NCBI GenBank assembly: GCA_964304625.1
Contig: OZ199840.1
Coordinates: 6,445,120-6,509,119, forward strand
DNA from: Kudoa neothunni
Lineage: Eukaryota > Animalia > Cnidaria
DNA length: 64,000 nt
Direction: 5' to 3'
Within the stretch, counting starts at the first letter, position 1, and each line of letters begins with the position of its first letter. The notes beneath the pieces are model-generated. The model saw only the letters and a program-made list of their open reading frames with translations. It made no database searches and was not told the DNA's origin. The position numbers and the translations under genes were made by a program. Below, one piece after another: positions 1 to 10,351 of this stretch.

Positions 1-960
1 TTTACAAAATAATTCTCTACTTTGAGAAATTTTACCAAATATGACTCGTAAAATTAAGAAAATATCTACATAAAAGTAAATATTCTAATTTCTGTTTTCG
101 CTACTATTTTGCGAATTTCAAAAATAATAAAATAATGACAAGGCGAAAGTGATTTTGTTGTACAAATAAATATTAAAAATAATTACGTACAAATATGACA
201 GATATGTTGAATATTATTTTTGGTGCCTTAAACACTGATGCTCAAATAATGCAAACTGAAGTCACTGCGCCATTCATTGTTTAAAAATATTATCATTTTG
301 TGTATTATTCCATGGATGTAACTATTGACACGGCAAATAATATTTAGAGGTCACTAATTTTGGCTATATTTAATTATTTATATCACATCGCTTCGCTTTT
401 GCCTGTCAGGAATAATTAAATAGAGCAGATTTTAAACGATTAAACCTATACAAAGTTTGTGAGTAAGAGTCGCTGAGATAAAAAATTTATATTGAGTAAG
501 CGTACATGCAGTTTATGACTAAATTTTGTGTCTATAGCATCTGCCTACTAAAATTTATGAAATAATATAGATCAGCATTGGATAATAGAAGTCTTCGCTC
601 ATATAGCTTAAATTTGATCAAAGCGGCAATCACACCGATCCATCATTAGCTACGGATTCACCGACTTATACCGAAAAGCGATGAGTATTTAGTTGCTGTG
701 ATGGTCATTATTTTTTCTAATTATTCTTAATTTTTTGATCATTAGTCTTCCATATATCCTGTTTCGGCATAAAACTGATAATATTTGCTATTTATGCTAC
801 ATTTTGATGCATTTGTATCATTGTCTGTGCAATGGTTTTCGTCATGAACAAAATGATTTATGTATAGGTCAAATAATAAAAACTAATTTTATTGGGCATG
901 AATTATCATATTTGTGTCTCTTATTTTTGGTGAAATAGTTTCTAGCAGATTGAACAAGTT

Positions 961-1044
961 TAAGGTGTAATTCGGCTGGGGTACGTTAGTGACCCCAGTT
1001 GGTCACCCACGTTCTGTTATCGTAGTTGGTACAGGAAGGGTTAA
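961..1044 (+). mobile_element. Right end of a degraded piggyBac-like element
   Basis: Ends ...GGAAGGG followed by TTAA (1041-1044) and has the subterminal palindrome GGGGTAC...GTGACCCC (978-996). No matching left end found. Confidence 0.5.
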
Positions 1045-1228
1045 AGATTATCCTCTAACGTTTTGGGGGATAAAATTTACCCCATATTTTTATCACTTTA
1101 ATATAAAGAGTATATTGTATACTGTGAAATAACGAATTTTTAGTAAAATCAAACGAGTAGATTTTAAGAAAACAACGAACAGAATGACTAGTTGATGTGA
1201 CGCGCGTGCGCGCGGCGCATAATTCCAA

Positions 1229-2808
1229 ATGAGAGACACAAGTGGTTTCATTGACGAATTAACCTCATCTGGAAGCGAATTTGATGACCAAATTATCGAT
1301 GAAAATGATATATCGGACGAAGAAATAGATTCAATTGATACCAGTGATAATAATTTAAAAAGTAAATATGGAATTCTTTGGACTTTGTCAAAACCATCTA
1401 CGAGAAAAACCTATGCCAAAAATATAATGAATTCCATTCCTGGTGCCATTTCAAATGCGTTGTTAGAAATAAAATCATTCATTGATTGTTTTTTGTTATT
1501 TTTTACTTCAGAAATTATCGGCATTATTATAAAGTACACAAATAAGCATGGAAACCATTATTTCAAAGATGAGTGGCAAGATATCGTAGAAGTTGAATTC
1601 AATGGTTATGTAGGTTTTTTAACATTAATGGCTATTCATACAGATAGGCAAGAACCGTTGCGCGAACTTTTTAGCGTCAATGAGAGCAAGGAAATTTACA
1701 GACGATTGTTTTCACATAAGCGCTTCACTCAAATTTCCAGATCCTTTCATTTTAACGACTTCAATACAAGATCGGAAAGGAAAACAGCTGATAAATTTTT
1801 CTCTATTCGTGAGATATGGGTTGATATACTGCCAAAATGTTTTGCTCCAAACCAAGATATTACAGTGGATGAGCAACTCGTATCATTTGGGGGAAGATGT
1901 CCTTTCCGTCAATATATGCTCATGAAACCGGCGAAGTATGACGTTAAGTTTTTTTTATCGGTGGATCCTACTTCCAACTATGTTTCAAATATCAGCGTGT
2001 ATCTGGGCAAAAATAATTTTGAGAGACCGAGGAAATGTGACTTTGGGGAAAACGTTGTTCTCTCCTTATGAAAACCTTTATTTCATTCTGGTAGAAATGT
2101 TGTGGCCAATAACTTTTGTTCGTCCTTTTTACCGGCTCAAAAATTATTGGAAAAAAGTTAACGTTTTTGGGAACTATACGTAAAAACAAAAAAGAAATAC
2201 CTCCCTTCCTTCTTACTTCAAAAAAAAGATCACTCTACACTATTATATTTTCTTTTTATGAGAAATGTATGATGACGTCATATGTTTGTAAAAAAGGCCA
2301 GACTGTCGTATTATTATCCACAGGTACCACTGATAATACCGTCACCGATGCGTCTACAAATTTTAAACCTCGTACTATATTCTATTACGATGCAACCAAA
2401 GGTGGGTGGGGTTGATAATGTGGACAGAATGTTTGCATCAACTTCAACCCGGAGATTTACAAGAAGATGGCCGCATATCACCTTTACATTATAATCGATA
2501 TCTCGTTGATTGATGCGTTTTAATTATTCAGTGACATTTAAACCAGAGAAAAAATTAAGGAGAAACTTTCTGAAGAGATTCCTCAAGAATTATACAATCC
2601 ATTTTATATAGAAACTCCAACAAAGTTAACAGAAAATCATGCATATCTAGTGATCCAAAAAAATTAAGCAAATTTCAATGGGAAATCATCACGCTGCAAT
2701 TATTGTGAAGGAAAACAAGATAAGAAAACCTCCAAATTGTACTTAAACTGCTATAGGTTTTATTGCCCCACTCATGCCTCGAAATTTTGTTTCAATTGTC
2801 AAAACTAG
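1229..2808 (+). pseudogene. piggyBac (PGBD4-like) transposase, disrupted
   Basis: Motifs ITVDEQLVSFGGRCPFRQY, KPAKY, GTIRKNK, YDATKGG/VDNVD, RRWP and a C-terminal Cys-rich domain (RCNYC...CPTH...CFNC). Contains stops and frameshifts. Confidence 0.9.
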
Positions 2809-3135
2809 TTTTTTGCTTATACAATCAAATCTCGATTATCATGAAAATTTGGGACCGATAACTTTCTTTCCAGATAATTAGTTCCGGTTAATCGAGCATA
2901 AACAATGTCTTGTGCACGCGCGGTTTTTTTAAATTTCTACTTAAAGGATTCTTTACTTGATTAACCCTTAAGCGATACCCTACGTGATTTTCTTAATTAG
3001 ATAACCTGGGCTCGACGAGCCCATCCATTCAAAGAGAGGATTATCTGAATTAATAATGGTGTTACTTTAAATGTTCTATCTTAATTTGTAGAAATATGAA
3101 GGATAAATAAAAATAAGGCAGTTTAACAAATAAAA

Positions 3136-6100
3136 CTAAAATTTTACGCATTCGCTACATGTTATAATTTGTTTTAAATGCTCATTACATGCACAGCGTG
3201 TGCACTTTACGCAAGTTTGTTTGCCCTTCCGGCGAGTAGTCTTAGGACAGAAAATGCAACGCTTTCTTTGTTTAATGACGTCTTTTTGAGATATACAAGA
3301 CTGATTACTTGAAAAATTAAAGGCAGTGGCTATTTGCATGGATGGGAATATCTCCTAGAATATGTGAGATATTAAAAATTTGATTTCACAATTACAATAG
3401 GCTATATTTGTCCTATATAAGTTTATAATTTTGTGTTAAATTTTAAATGGAGGGTTTGTCCATTAAAACCATACTTTAACTATCTGTCATGTACCAAAAT
3501 TTTACTTTTCTTGATTTAATGACATTATTAAACGCTTGTACACAATATGTTAGTGAATTAAATTCTATTGTCTGCAATAAAATTGATTATTGTCATGTTA
3601 GACGTTGCGCACACAAACCATTGGTTGCATGCCTCCCATGGTCTCACAATTTTAATAATTGCCATACGTTGAGCGTTAATTCTCGTTTTATCTAAATTTT
3701 ATCATAAAATTCATAGATTTTATTATCATGCGAAATAATTATATAAGCTAAACCATTTGGTTACGTTGATTCTACACGGTGAATTTAACATGAGAATCTC
3801 CGCGAATACCCCTTTTGAGAACTGTACTATTTAACTCACATTTCACTTAAATTAAAATATGCTAGATGTATCCACATTTATTTCTAGCACATCTTTCTTC
3901 ATAACGACTATACAAAATTCGTTTAGCTTGACTCGTAACAAATGCATGTATCGTATGATGAATTTGAATATTCGATCAAATGGTTATTAAAATAATTCGT
4001 TGATGTTGCCCCTTGGCTGAGGGAAAAAATATGAACATTAATAACAGATAAATGCCAATGCCTCAGAAAGTGCCTTAAGATGACGTTTGAATCTGCTCCC
4101 TTTTGATATGTACGTTTCATCTCTGTCAAATATTCCAACGCGAAAATAAAATAGGCAAGTATGGAATAAATTCAGAGAAGTAGAGACTTGTTATGAAAAG
4201 TTTCGATGAAATAGTTTGTAGTATTAACAACGATCAAGTTGCTTCCATATATGATGAATTATATGGGTACGGATTTTACAATCTCGATACTTATTTTGAT
4301 AAAAGATAGAAACTAATCGTAAGTGAATGGATCGTTTGCTAAGTTATGCTGAAAATTATTTTAAAATTGCGCAAATGATAGATTGGAAACGTCGTTAAAA
4401 AGTTTTTAACTCCGCAAGAATTCTTCATATCGTTCTGTAACCTGAAATCCATCAGAATTGAAAGAAAACATATGGTTACCAAATATTTACAGTCATATAA
4501 TACTATTAGTAACAACGAAACTTTTCATCAATTTTATACTAGCCTGGGCCTGGCACTTTAATGATCTAATATTATTATGGAGGAAACATCCAAAATAAAA
4601 ATTTAAGGAGGAGGAAAATGAGTAGAGCGTCTATTATAGGCTTCCGAAAAAATTATCAAGAATTGAATTAAATTTTTTGCAAATAAAATTTTGGTTTATT
4701 ATTGATTTAAAAAATGTGTCACTCAATGAATTTAATAAAACTAGTATTTTAACAAATCGATAAAATTATTTTCGAGCCAAAGAGCATAGAATTAAAACAT
4801 TAAAAAGATAATTACAACTTACCGGTATAAACATCGTTCCATTAAAAAAATAAGAGGTATTTCGGTAGCCTCATTTTTTTAAAATATTTTTAGCCATCTG
4901 AATTAAATGCGAAAATTTGTTTCGTACGCATGCCTCATTCGAGTTTTTAAGTACGATTTGGTAAATAATTTGAATTAATTGTACTGAATATCGTAAATAA
5001 CCTTTGAATACTGTTACTAACTCAAGAAAAATACGATTTATACGCATAAGAGATGGTAAACGTAAGGTTTTAATGGACAAATTTTCCATTTAAAAGCATG
5101 AACAAAATTTTATAAAATTTTTTAGGATAAATATAGCCTATTGTAAATGTGGAATCAAATTTTTAATATCGCATATTCTAGGAGATATTCCCATCCATGC
5201 ATATAGCCATGTCCAAAATTAAAGCCAACGATCTCCAGTGAGCGCTTTACTGCACGTTGACAACTAACCTTTAAATTTTCACCTCTTCTTACTTGATGGG
5301 GTTTAATTATCGAGGCGGCCGACTCTAATAAAAGCTTATGCCTATCGTTATACTTTTTATGAACAGAATTATTTTTTGGTTATACACTACATAGGAGTTA
5401 AAGGCTACCAAATCAACAACCTGATAAAAAAACCGCTACAGGCCAACGATTTGATTTTCGCGTACAACTGTAGGTAGACACACATTGATTGATAGTATCA
5501 ATACCACATTTCTTGATATTACAGACTAGAATTGCATTTGAATTGGAATGGAATTCTGAGCTTATTTCTTTAGATCGATGTTCGGATGATAAAATAATTA
5601 CGACCTTATTTTTCTTCGGGGCATACGATTAATAGTAAATTGCTTTTAAAATCCAAACAACGACGAATATAATGGTTTTGATTTGTTTGTCATGAATTCT
5701 GATGAAATAAAGGTTCTACACTTTCAAACTGTCCCAAGAATTGACGTCTTACGTTGCTTTAGGTACTCAGCGAGCTTCCATGTCGTGAAGTAATTTTCAC
5801 AGGTGACGCCCTACCTGAGTCAAGTAGGTGGTTTATTAGGTCGGTGACAACTTTAAAACTCAGGGATTTTTCCCGGCTTTCATTTTGTTGAACTATGTAT
5901 GGGATGATGTTGGAAACATAACGTGTTTCGTTGTCACATACCATCCAAAATTTAGTTCCATATTTAACTGACTTTCTTGGCATACACACCAAAAATTTCA
6001 ACCGTCCTCTGAATGGATACAGCTGTTCGTCAACCGTGATATTGGATCCAGGGGTATAACTTTCTTTACAGATTTTGACGAAAGATTCGAATATATTTCT

Positions 6101-6820
6101 TACTGGTGAAAAAACGTCGTTGGATTTGACATTTTTTCTTAACCAATATTGATCGAATCTAAGGTAGAAACAAATATTTTTGAATCTCTCACTAGACATT
6201 GTAGAACGAAACAAGGGTCTATTGTGAATTTCGTGCCATAAAATCTTTGTGTCTTTATTATTCGGTTTATAAGTCCCAGAGAGTAAAAGTAATCCCAAAA
6301 AAGCTTGAAATTCAATTAAATCAACGGGTTTCCACTTTTCCCCAAGATTCTCAAATCACTTTTTGTTTGTGTATTCAATAATATCTTCCACAATCTCGTT
6401 TTTCATGAAGTGATAAAAGGTCGTCTCTGGAGTCGTAGCATCAATATCATCAATCGGCGTTACAACAACATTATTCCTATCGATAATATTGTTTGCAGCT
6501 GTTCTTCCTAGTTTGGATTCAGACACCCAAACAATCGATTTATCTTTTGAAATAAAAACATTTTTTTCGTAGGTTGAGTTGTCACTAATCTGTATCGATT
6601 CACCGTTATTTTTGTTTCGACCTTTTTTTCCTTTAAAATGATTTCCAGATTGAACTCAAGAAATATTAAATATTATTTACGATGAATGTTACTTACAACT
6701 CATATCCGAATCAGCTTATTCATATGATTTATTATTACATAAATATTCCGCTAATTCTGCAGAACTAACGCTTTCAGCAGCTGAAGATGAGTGTTTATAT
6801 GAAACATCAGATTCTGCCAT
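3136..6820 (-). pseudogene. piggyBac transposase B, disrupted and interrupted by a MULE
   Basis: 5759-6298 contains RSTMSSERF...LRFD and ITVDEQLYPFRGR...KYGTKFWMVCD. The C-terminal Cys-rich RCIFC...CVKCTRCACNEH...CSEC is at 3136-3320. The 5' limit is approximate. Confidence 0.85.
3322..5214 (+). mobile_element. Mutator-like (MULE) element, degenerate
   Basis: ~85-bp TIRs (GGCAGTGGCTATTTGCATGGATGGGAATATCTCC...) and an exact 9-bp TSD AAAATTAAA (3313-3321 and 5215-5223). Internal remnants resemble the MULE transposase at 25-27 kb. Confidence 0.85.
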
Positions 6821-8000
6821 TATATTGTACCAGGAATTTAGAATTAACTTACACCACGAGCGTCATAAACGTACTTAACTCTGTTAACGTGAAGCCTAAT
6901 TTGGACTTAAAATGAAGAAAAATTAATGCTAAGAATTTACGTGAATTTTTGACTAAAGAACCATAATATAGGGTATTATTGAGTATTTTATTGCGCAGGT
7001 GGGCTCGTGGAGCCCAGGGTTATCGATTAAGGGTTAATAATCAATTTTTTACTATTTATTAAGTAAAATATTTTAATTTCTGCTATTTGAATTAAAATTG
7101 TTGACATATCTATTAACCGAGAATATGGAGACTTAAAGGAAAAACAGCACATAACTATGGCGGTTTTTACACGTCTACAAAGGAGTAAACTATTTTTTTA
7201 AATAATCGATAATTAATTTTTATTTAATATACATACAGGCATGTGTTCAGATATAGAAAAAATTTATATAAGAACTGGATGCTTAACTTAAGTTTTAAAG
7301 GGAAAATTTATTAATAAATAACCTAGAAATCTTTTTGTTTTAAATATTGCATTGGTATATATGCAACATTGTATATGTCGTATGGTGAAGGGCGCTACTT
7401 TTTATCTAAAAATAAAATTTCAAATTTATTCTGAATAACGAGATTTCTGGATAATCGAGGTTTGGCTGTATTTAGTTTTTTAGTTATTATTTATTTTTTA
7501 TGAGTTTTTTACTAGCTGATAACGTTACTTTTATTTTATGTACACTTACGGAGAACGTCGATCTATTCCGATAATCTCATAATCACGATTAATTGGAGAT
7601 TATTTCGTGTAATTAGCACAATATTCCAATGATTCCATTCATTCAAAAATTAGCGATACTTTGTATTCCTAATTAATTATTTTTCTACATACATTGGCGA
7701 AATAAAAAAGTGGAGTAATTTTTACCCAAAAAGTGTTAGTGTTACAGGGATACTGTTATTGAGATCGTTAGAGGGTTAACCCATAGCGGGGTTTCGTTGC
7801 TTTTTCGGCTCTGACATAAAACCGCCATAAAAACTTTCATTATTCTTAAAATTTTATTATTTTTCAATATCAATTAATGAATGCACTTTTTATTTATTAT
7901 TACAATATAATTATAGTAAAAAATGTGCTTGTAAAGATATGATAATAAATAGCTCATACCTTGCGCTTAGGTTATAACGCAACGAACAATCCTTTATATA

Positions 8001-10351
8001 TGTTACCGGCAATGTATGAAATTCAGGCAATATATAGAATGCCTAGCATTCTTAGGCAAAGTGTATAATACATGCGTTCTTACATACTCTACCTAGGCAA
8101 TCTATACAATGACTAGTTCTACTTCAGGCAATGTATAAAAAATTAATTACCACCAAAAAGATGTTCGGGTCGTCATTTTCACGTGATAATAGTCCTTGGG
8201 ATTAGGTGACGCTACGTAAGTTTGTGCTCATTGCTGTGTGTTTGTAAAAATGAACGGAAAAGATTCAAATGTAGCATTTGAAAAAGAATCTTGTTTGATT
8301 GAAATGAGAGAACTTTTCCTTACAGAGCTATCAAAAATGCGAACTACTGGTGCTAAAAATTGTGTTTACCTTACCGACGCCAGTTATGAACGACTAGTGA
8401 ATGATGTGATAAGAGCAAAGTTAACAACAAAGAAAGGACCATGGGATTATTGGCTTCTGAAACGCTACGATGTGATGACGATAGAGAAAAAAAGCAACTT
8501 GTTCTTTCCTGTCAAAGAAGGGGTCCGTTCTATTCAGTTTTACGTCAGTGATTCTGAATTATTTGATGTTATTCATGACGCTCATGTAGTTATTGGACAT
8601 GGAGGACGAGACAGAATGTTAAAGGAGCTTCGACCAAAATTTAAAAACATTACCCGTCGTGATATTGAATTGTACATTCAACTTTGCCAGGCATGCCAGA
8701 AGAAACAAAAAGGCATGAAGAAAGGCATTGTAGTGAAACCGATGGTATTTTCGGATTTCAATTCCCGCTGTCAGGTGGATCTAATTGATTTCCAATCCCA
8801 TCCTGATAAAGAATACAAATTTATAATGGTATATCAAGATCATTTTACTAAGTTTGTTGTTTTACAGGCTATTAAATCAAAAACAGCTGAAGAAGTAGCG
8901 TTTAATTTAATAGACATATTCACATTACTGGGAGCTCCATCGATATTGCAGTCAGATAACAGTCGAGAATTTGCCAATAAGGTAATCACAAACCTGAAGA
9001 AATACTGGCCGACATGGAAGATTGTTCATGGAAAGCCGCGACATTCTCAAAGTCAGGGTAGTGTTGAGCGAGCTAACCAAGATATCGAAAACATGTTGTC
9101 TACTTGGATGCAAGACGAAAAAACCAACAGATGGAGTGAAGGAATACGTTTCGTCCAACTTATGAAAAATAGAGCTTTCCATTCTGGGATTCAAAGAACA
9201 CCTTACGAAGCTCTCTTTGGCTGCAAAGTTAAAGTTGGTCCCACTACATCTTCCATACCTCAAGATGTTTTATTCGGTATACACACTGAAGAAGAATTAG
9301 AAATAATAATTGAAAATATGCACACAATAGAGCTAGAAGATGTGAACCATGTGACCGAAGAAATGAGCGTTACTCCACAGAACCCTGTTGAGATTTCTGA
9401 ATACGAAATGGAAAAACAATGCTACAATGAAGAGATATGTACTCAAGAATCTGAAAATTCTTCCGTGTGTTGTGTATGCTTAAAAGCAAGTACTGGTGCA
9501 CATACTTGCATTAAGTGTGGCCGAAGCGCCCATTTAATCTGTGAGGAAACTCTAAAAGACGACAATGGTGAAACAATTGAAGGTTATGGTGTTGGTATCT
9601 GCTGCACTATTTGTTTTAACATTGAAAATGCGGAAAAACATAAGAAGCTGTCTATGTTGAGCCTAGAGATTCAAGCAAAAAAAATGAAAATGGCTTCGGA
9701 CAAAAATTTTTCTCCTGCATCTTTGGGCGATACTGTGCGCATTCCTATTCCTGATGTGGACAAGGGACGTGGTGATCCGCGAAATGTGTTAGCGGTGGTA
9801 ATGGACCTTACGGATGATGGTTTTTACCGACTTGGAACTAATCAAGGAAGGTTAAAGCAGCTATACGCAAGATCACAATTTAGCATTTGCCAAAAGCGAT
9901 TTATAAAAATTGTTGATGTCCCTGACCACGAAATACCTCTTCGCTCTGCTGCTACTTCTCAATCTACAGGAAGTGGTCAAGGATTTTTAAGGTGTATGTG
10001 TAAAACTAAGTGCCAAAATAACAAATGCCTTTGCCTCAAGAAGAATTTACAATGCAATTCAAAATGCCATTCTAGTCTTCCTTGTTGTAATAAATAATAA
10101 GTTATTGTTGTGCTTCGTTTGTGATTTTTCTGAAGGCTAATTTCGACTTCTTCTTGCGCTTCATTTTTGATTATTAACCATTTTTTGACGAATATCTTTT
10201 TAAATTTGCATATTTGCACATTGCCTGAAGTAGAACTAGTCATTGTATAGATTGCCTAGGTAGAGTATGTAAGAACGCATGTATTATACACTTTGCCTAA
10301 GAATGCTAGGCATTCTATATATTGCCTGAATTTCATACATTGCCGGTAACA
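8001..10351 (+). mobile_element. Intact Ginger2/TDD-type DNA transposon
   Basis: TG...CA termini, 134-bp TIRs identical by eye (8001-8134 and 10218-10351), a 4-bp TATA TSD and a single uninterrupted integrase ORF. Confidence 0.9.
8250..10097 (+). CDS. Ginger2 integrase-type transposase (KRBA2/SCAND3-like), 615 aa
   Basis: H2C2 motif (HDAHVVIGHGG...CQAC), DDE core (QVDLIDF, LQSDNSREF, SQGSVE), Cys/His finger (CCVC...CIKC...HLIC...CTIC) and a Cys-rich tail. First ATG at 8250. Confidence 0.92.
   Translation: MNGKDSNVAFEKESCLIEMRELFLTELSKMRTTGAKNCVYLTDASYERLVNDVIRAKLTTKKGPWDYWLLKRYDVMTIEKKSNLFFPVKEGVRSIQFYVSDSELFDVIHDAHVVIGHGGRDRMLKELRPKFKNITRRDIELYIQLCQACQKKQKGMKKGIVVKPMVFSDFNSRCQVDLIDFQSHPDKEYKFIMVYQDHFTKFVVLQAIKSKTAEEVAFNLIDIFTLLGAPSILQSDNSREFANKVITNLKKYWPTWKIVHGKPRHSQSQGSVERANQDIENMLSTWMQDEKTNRWSEGIRFVQLMKNRAFHSGIQRTPYEALFGCKVKVGPTTSSIPQDVLFGIHTEEELEIIIENMHTIELEDVNHVTEEMSVTPQNPVEISEYEMEKQCYNEEICTQESENSSVCCVCLKASTGAHTCIKCGRSAHLICEETLKDDNGETIEGYGVGICCTICFNIENAEKHKKLSMLSLEIQAKKMKMASDKNFSPASLGDTVRIPIPDVDKGRGDPRNVLAVVMDLTDDGFYRLGTNQGRLKQLYARSQFSICQKRFIKIVDVPDHEIPLRSAATSQSTGSGQGFLRCMCKTKCQNNKCLCLKKNLQCNSKCHSSLPCCNK

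Larger units (their letters stand above)
2965..7033 (-). mobile_element. piggyBac element B (~2.2 kb without the nested MULE)
   Basis: TTAA|CCCTTAAGCGATA ... TATCGATTAAGGG|TTAA, with subterminal palindromes GGGCTCG-N2-AGCCC-like at 3008-3022 and 7001-7015. Confidence 0.9.
2822..7468. mobile_element. pogo/Tigger-type MITE (~570 bp), split by piggyBac B
   Basis: TA|CAATCAAATCTCGATTATC ... GATAATCGAGGTTTGGCTG|TA: inverted termini with a TA TSD. A related right end lies at 17745-17940. Confidence 0.75.
1051..7775 (+). mobile_element. piggyBac element A (~2.1 kb without nested insertions)
   Basis: Left end TCCTCTAACG (1051, degenerate TTAA) is inverted to right end CGTTAGAGGG-TTAA (7766-7779). 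The internal inverted repeat at 1056-1084 recurs inverted at 7711-7739. Contains a piggyBac transposase. Confidence 0.85.

Noticed and set aside
8001-8134. CRISPR-like or tandem array
   Set aside because: These are short, irregular submotifs inside a transposon TIR, in eukaryotic DNA with no cas genes.
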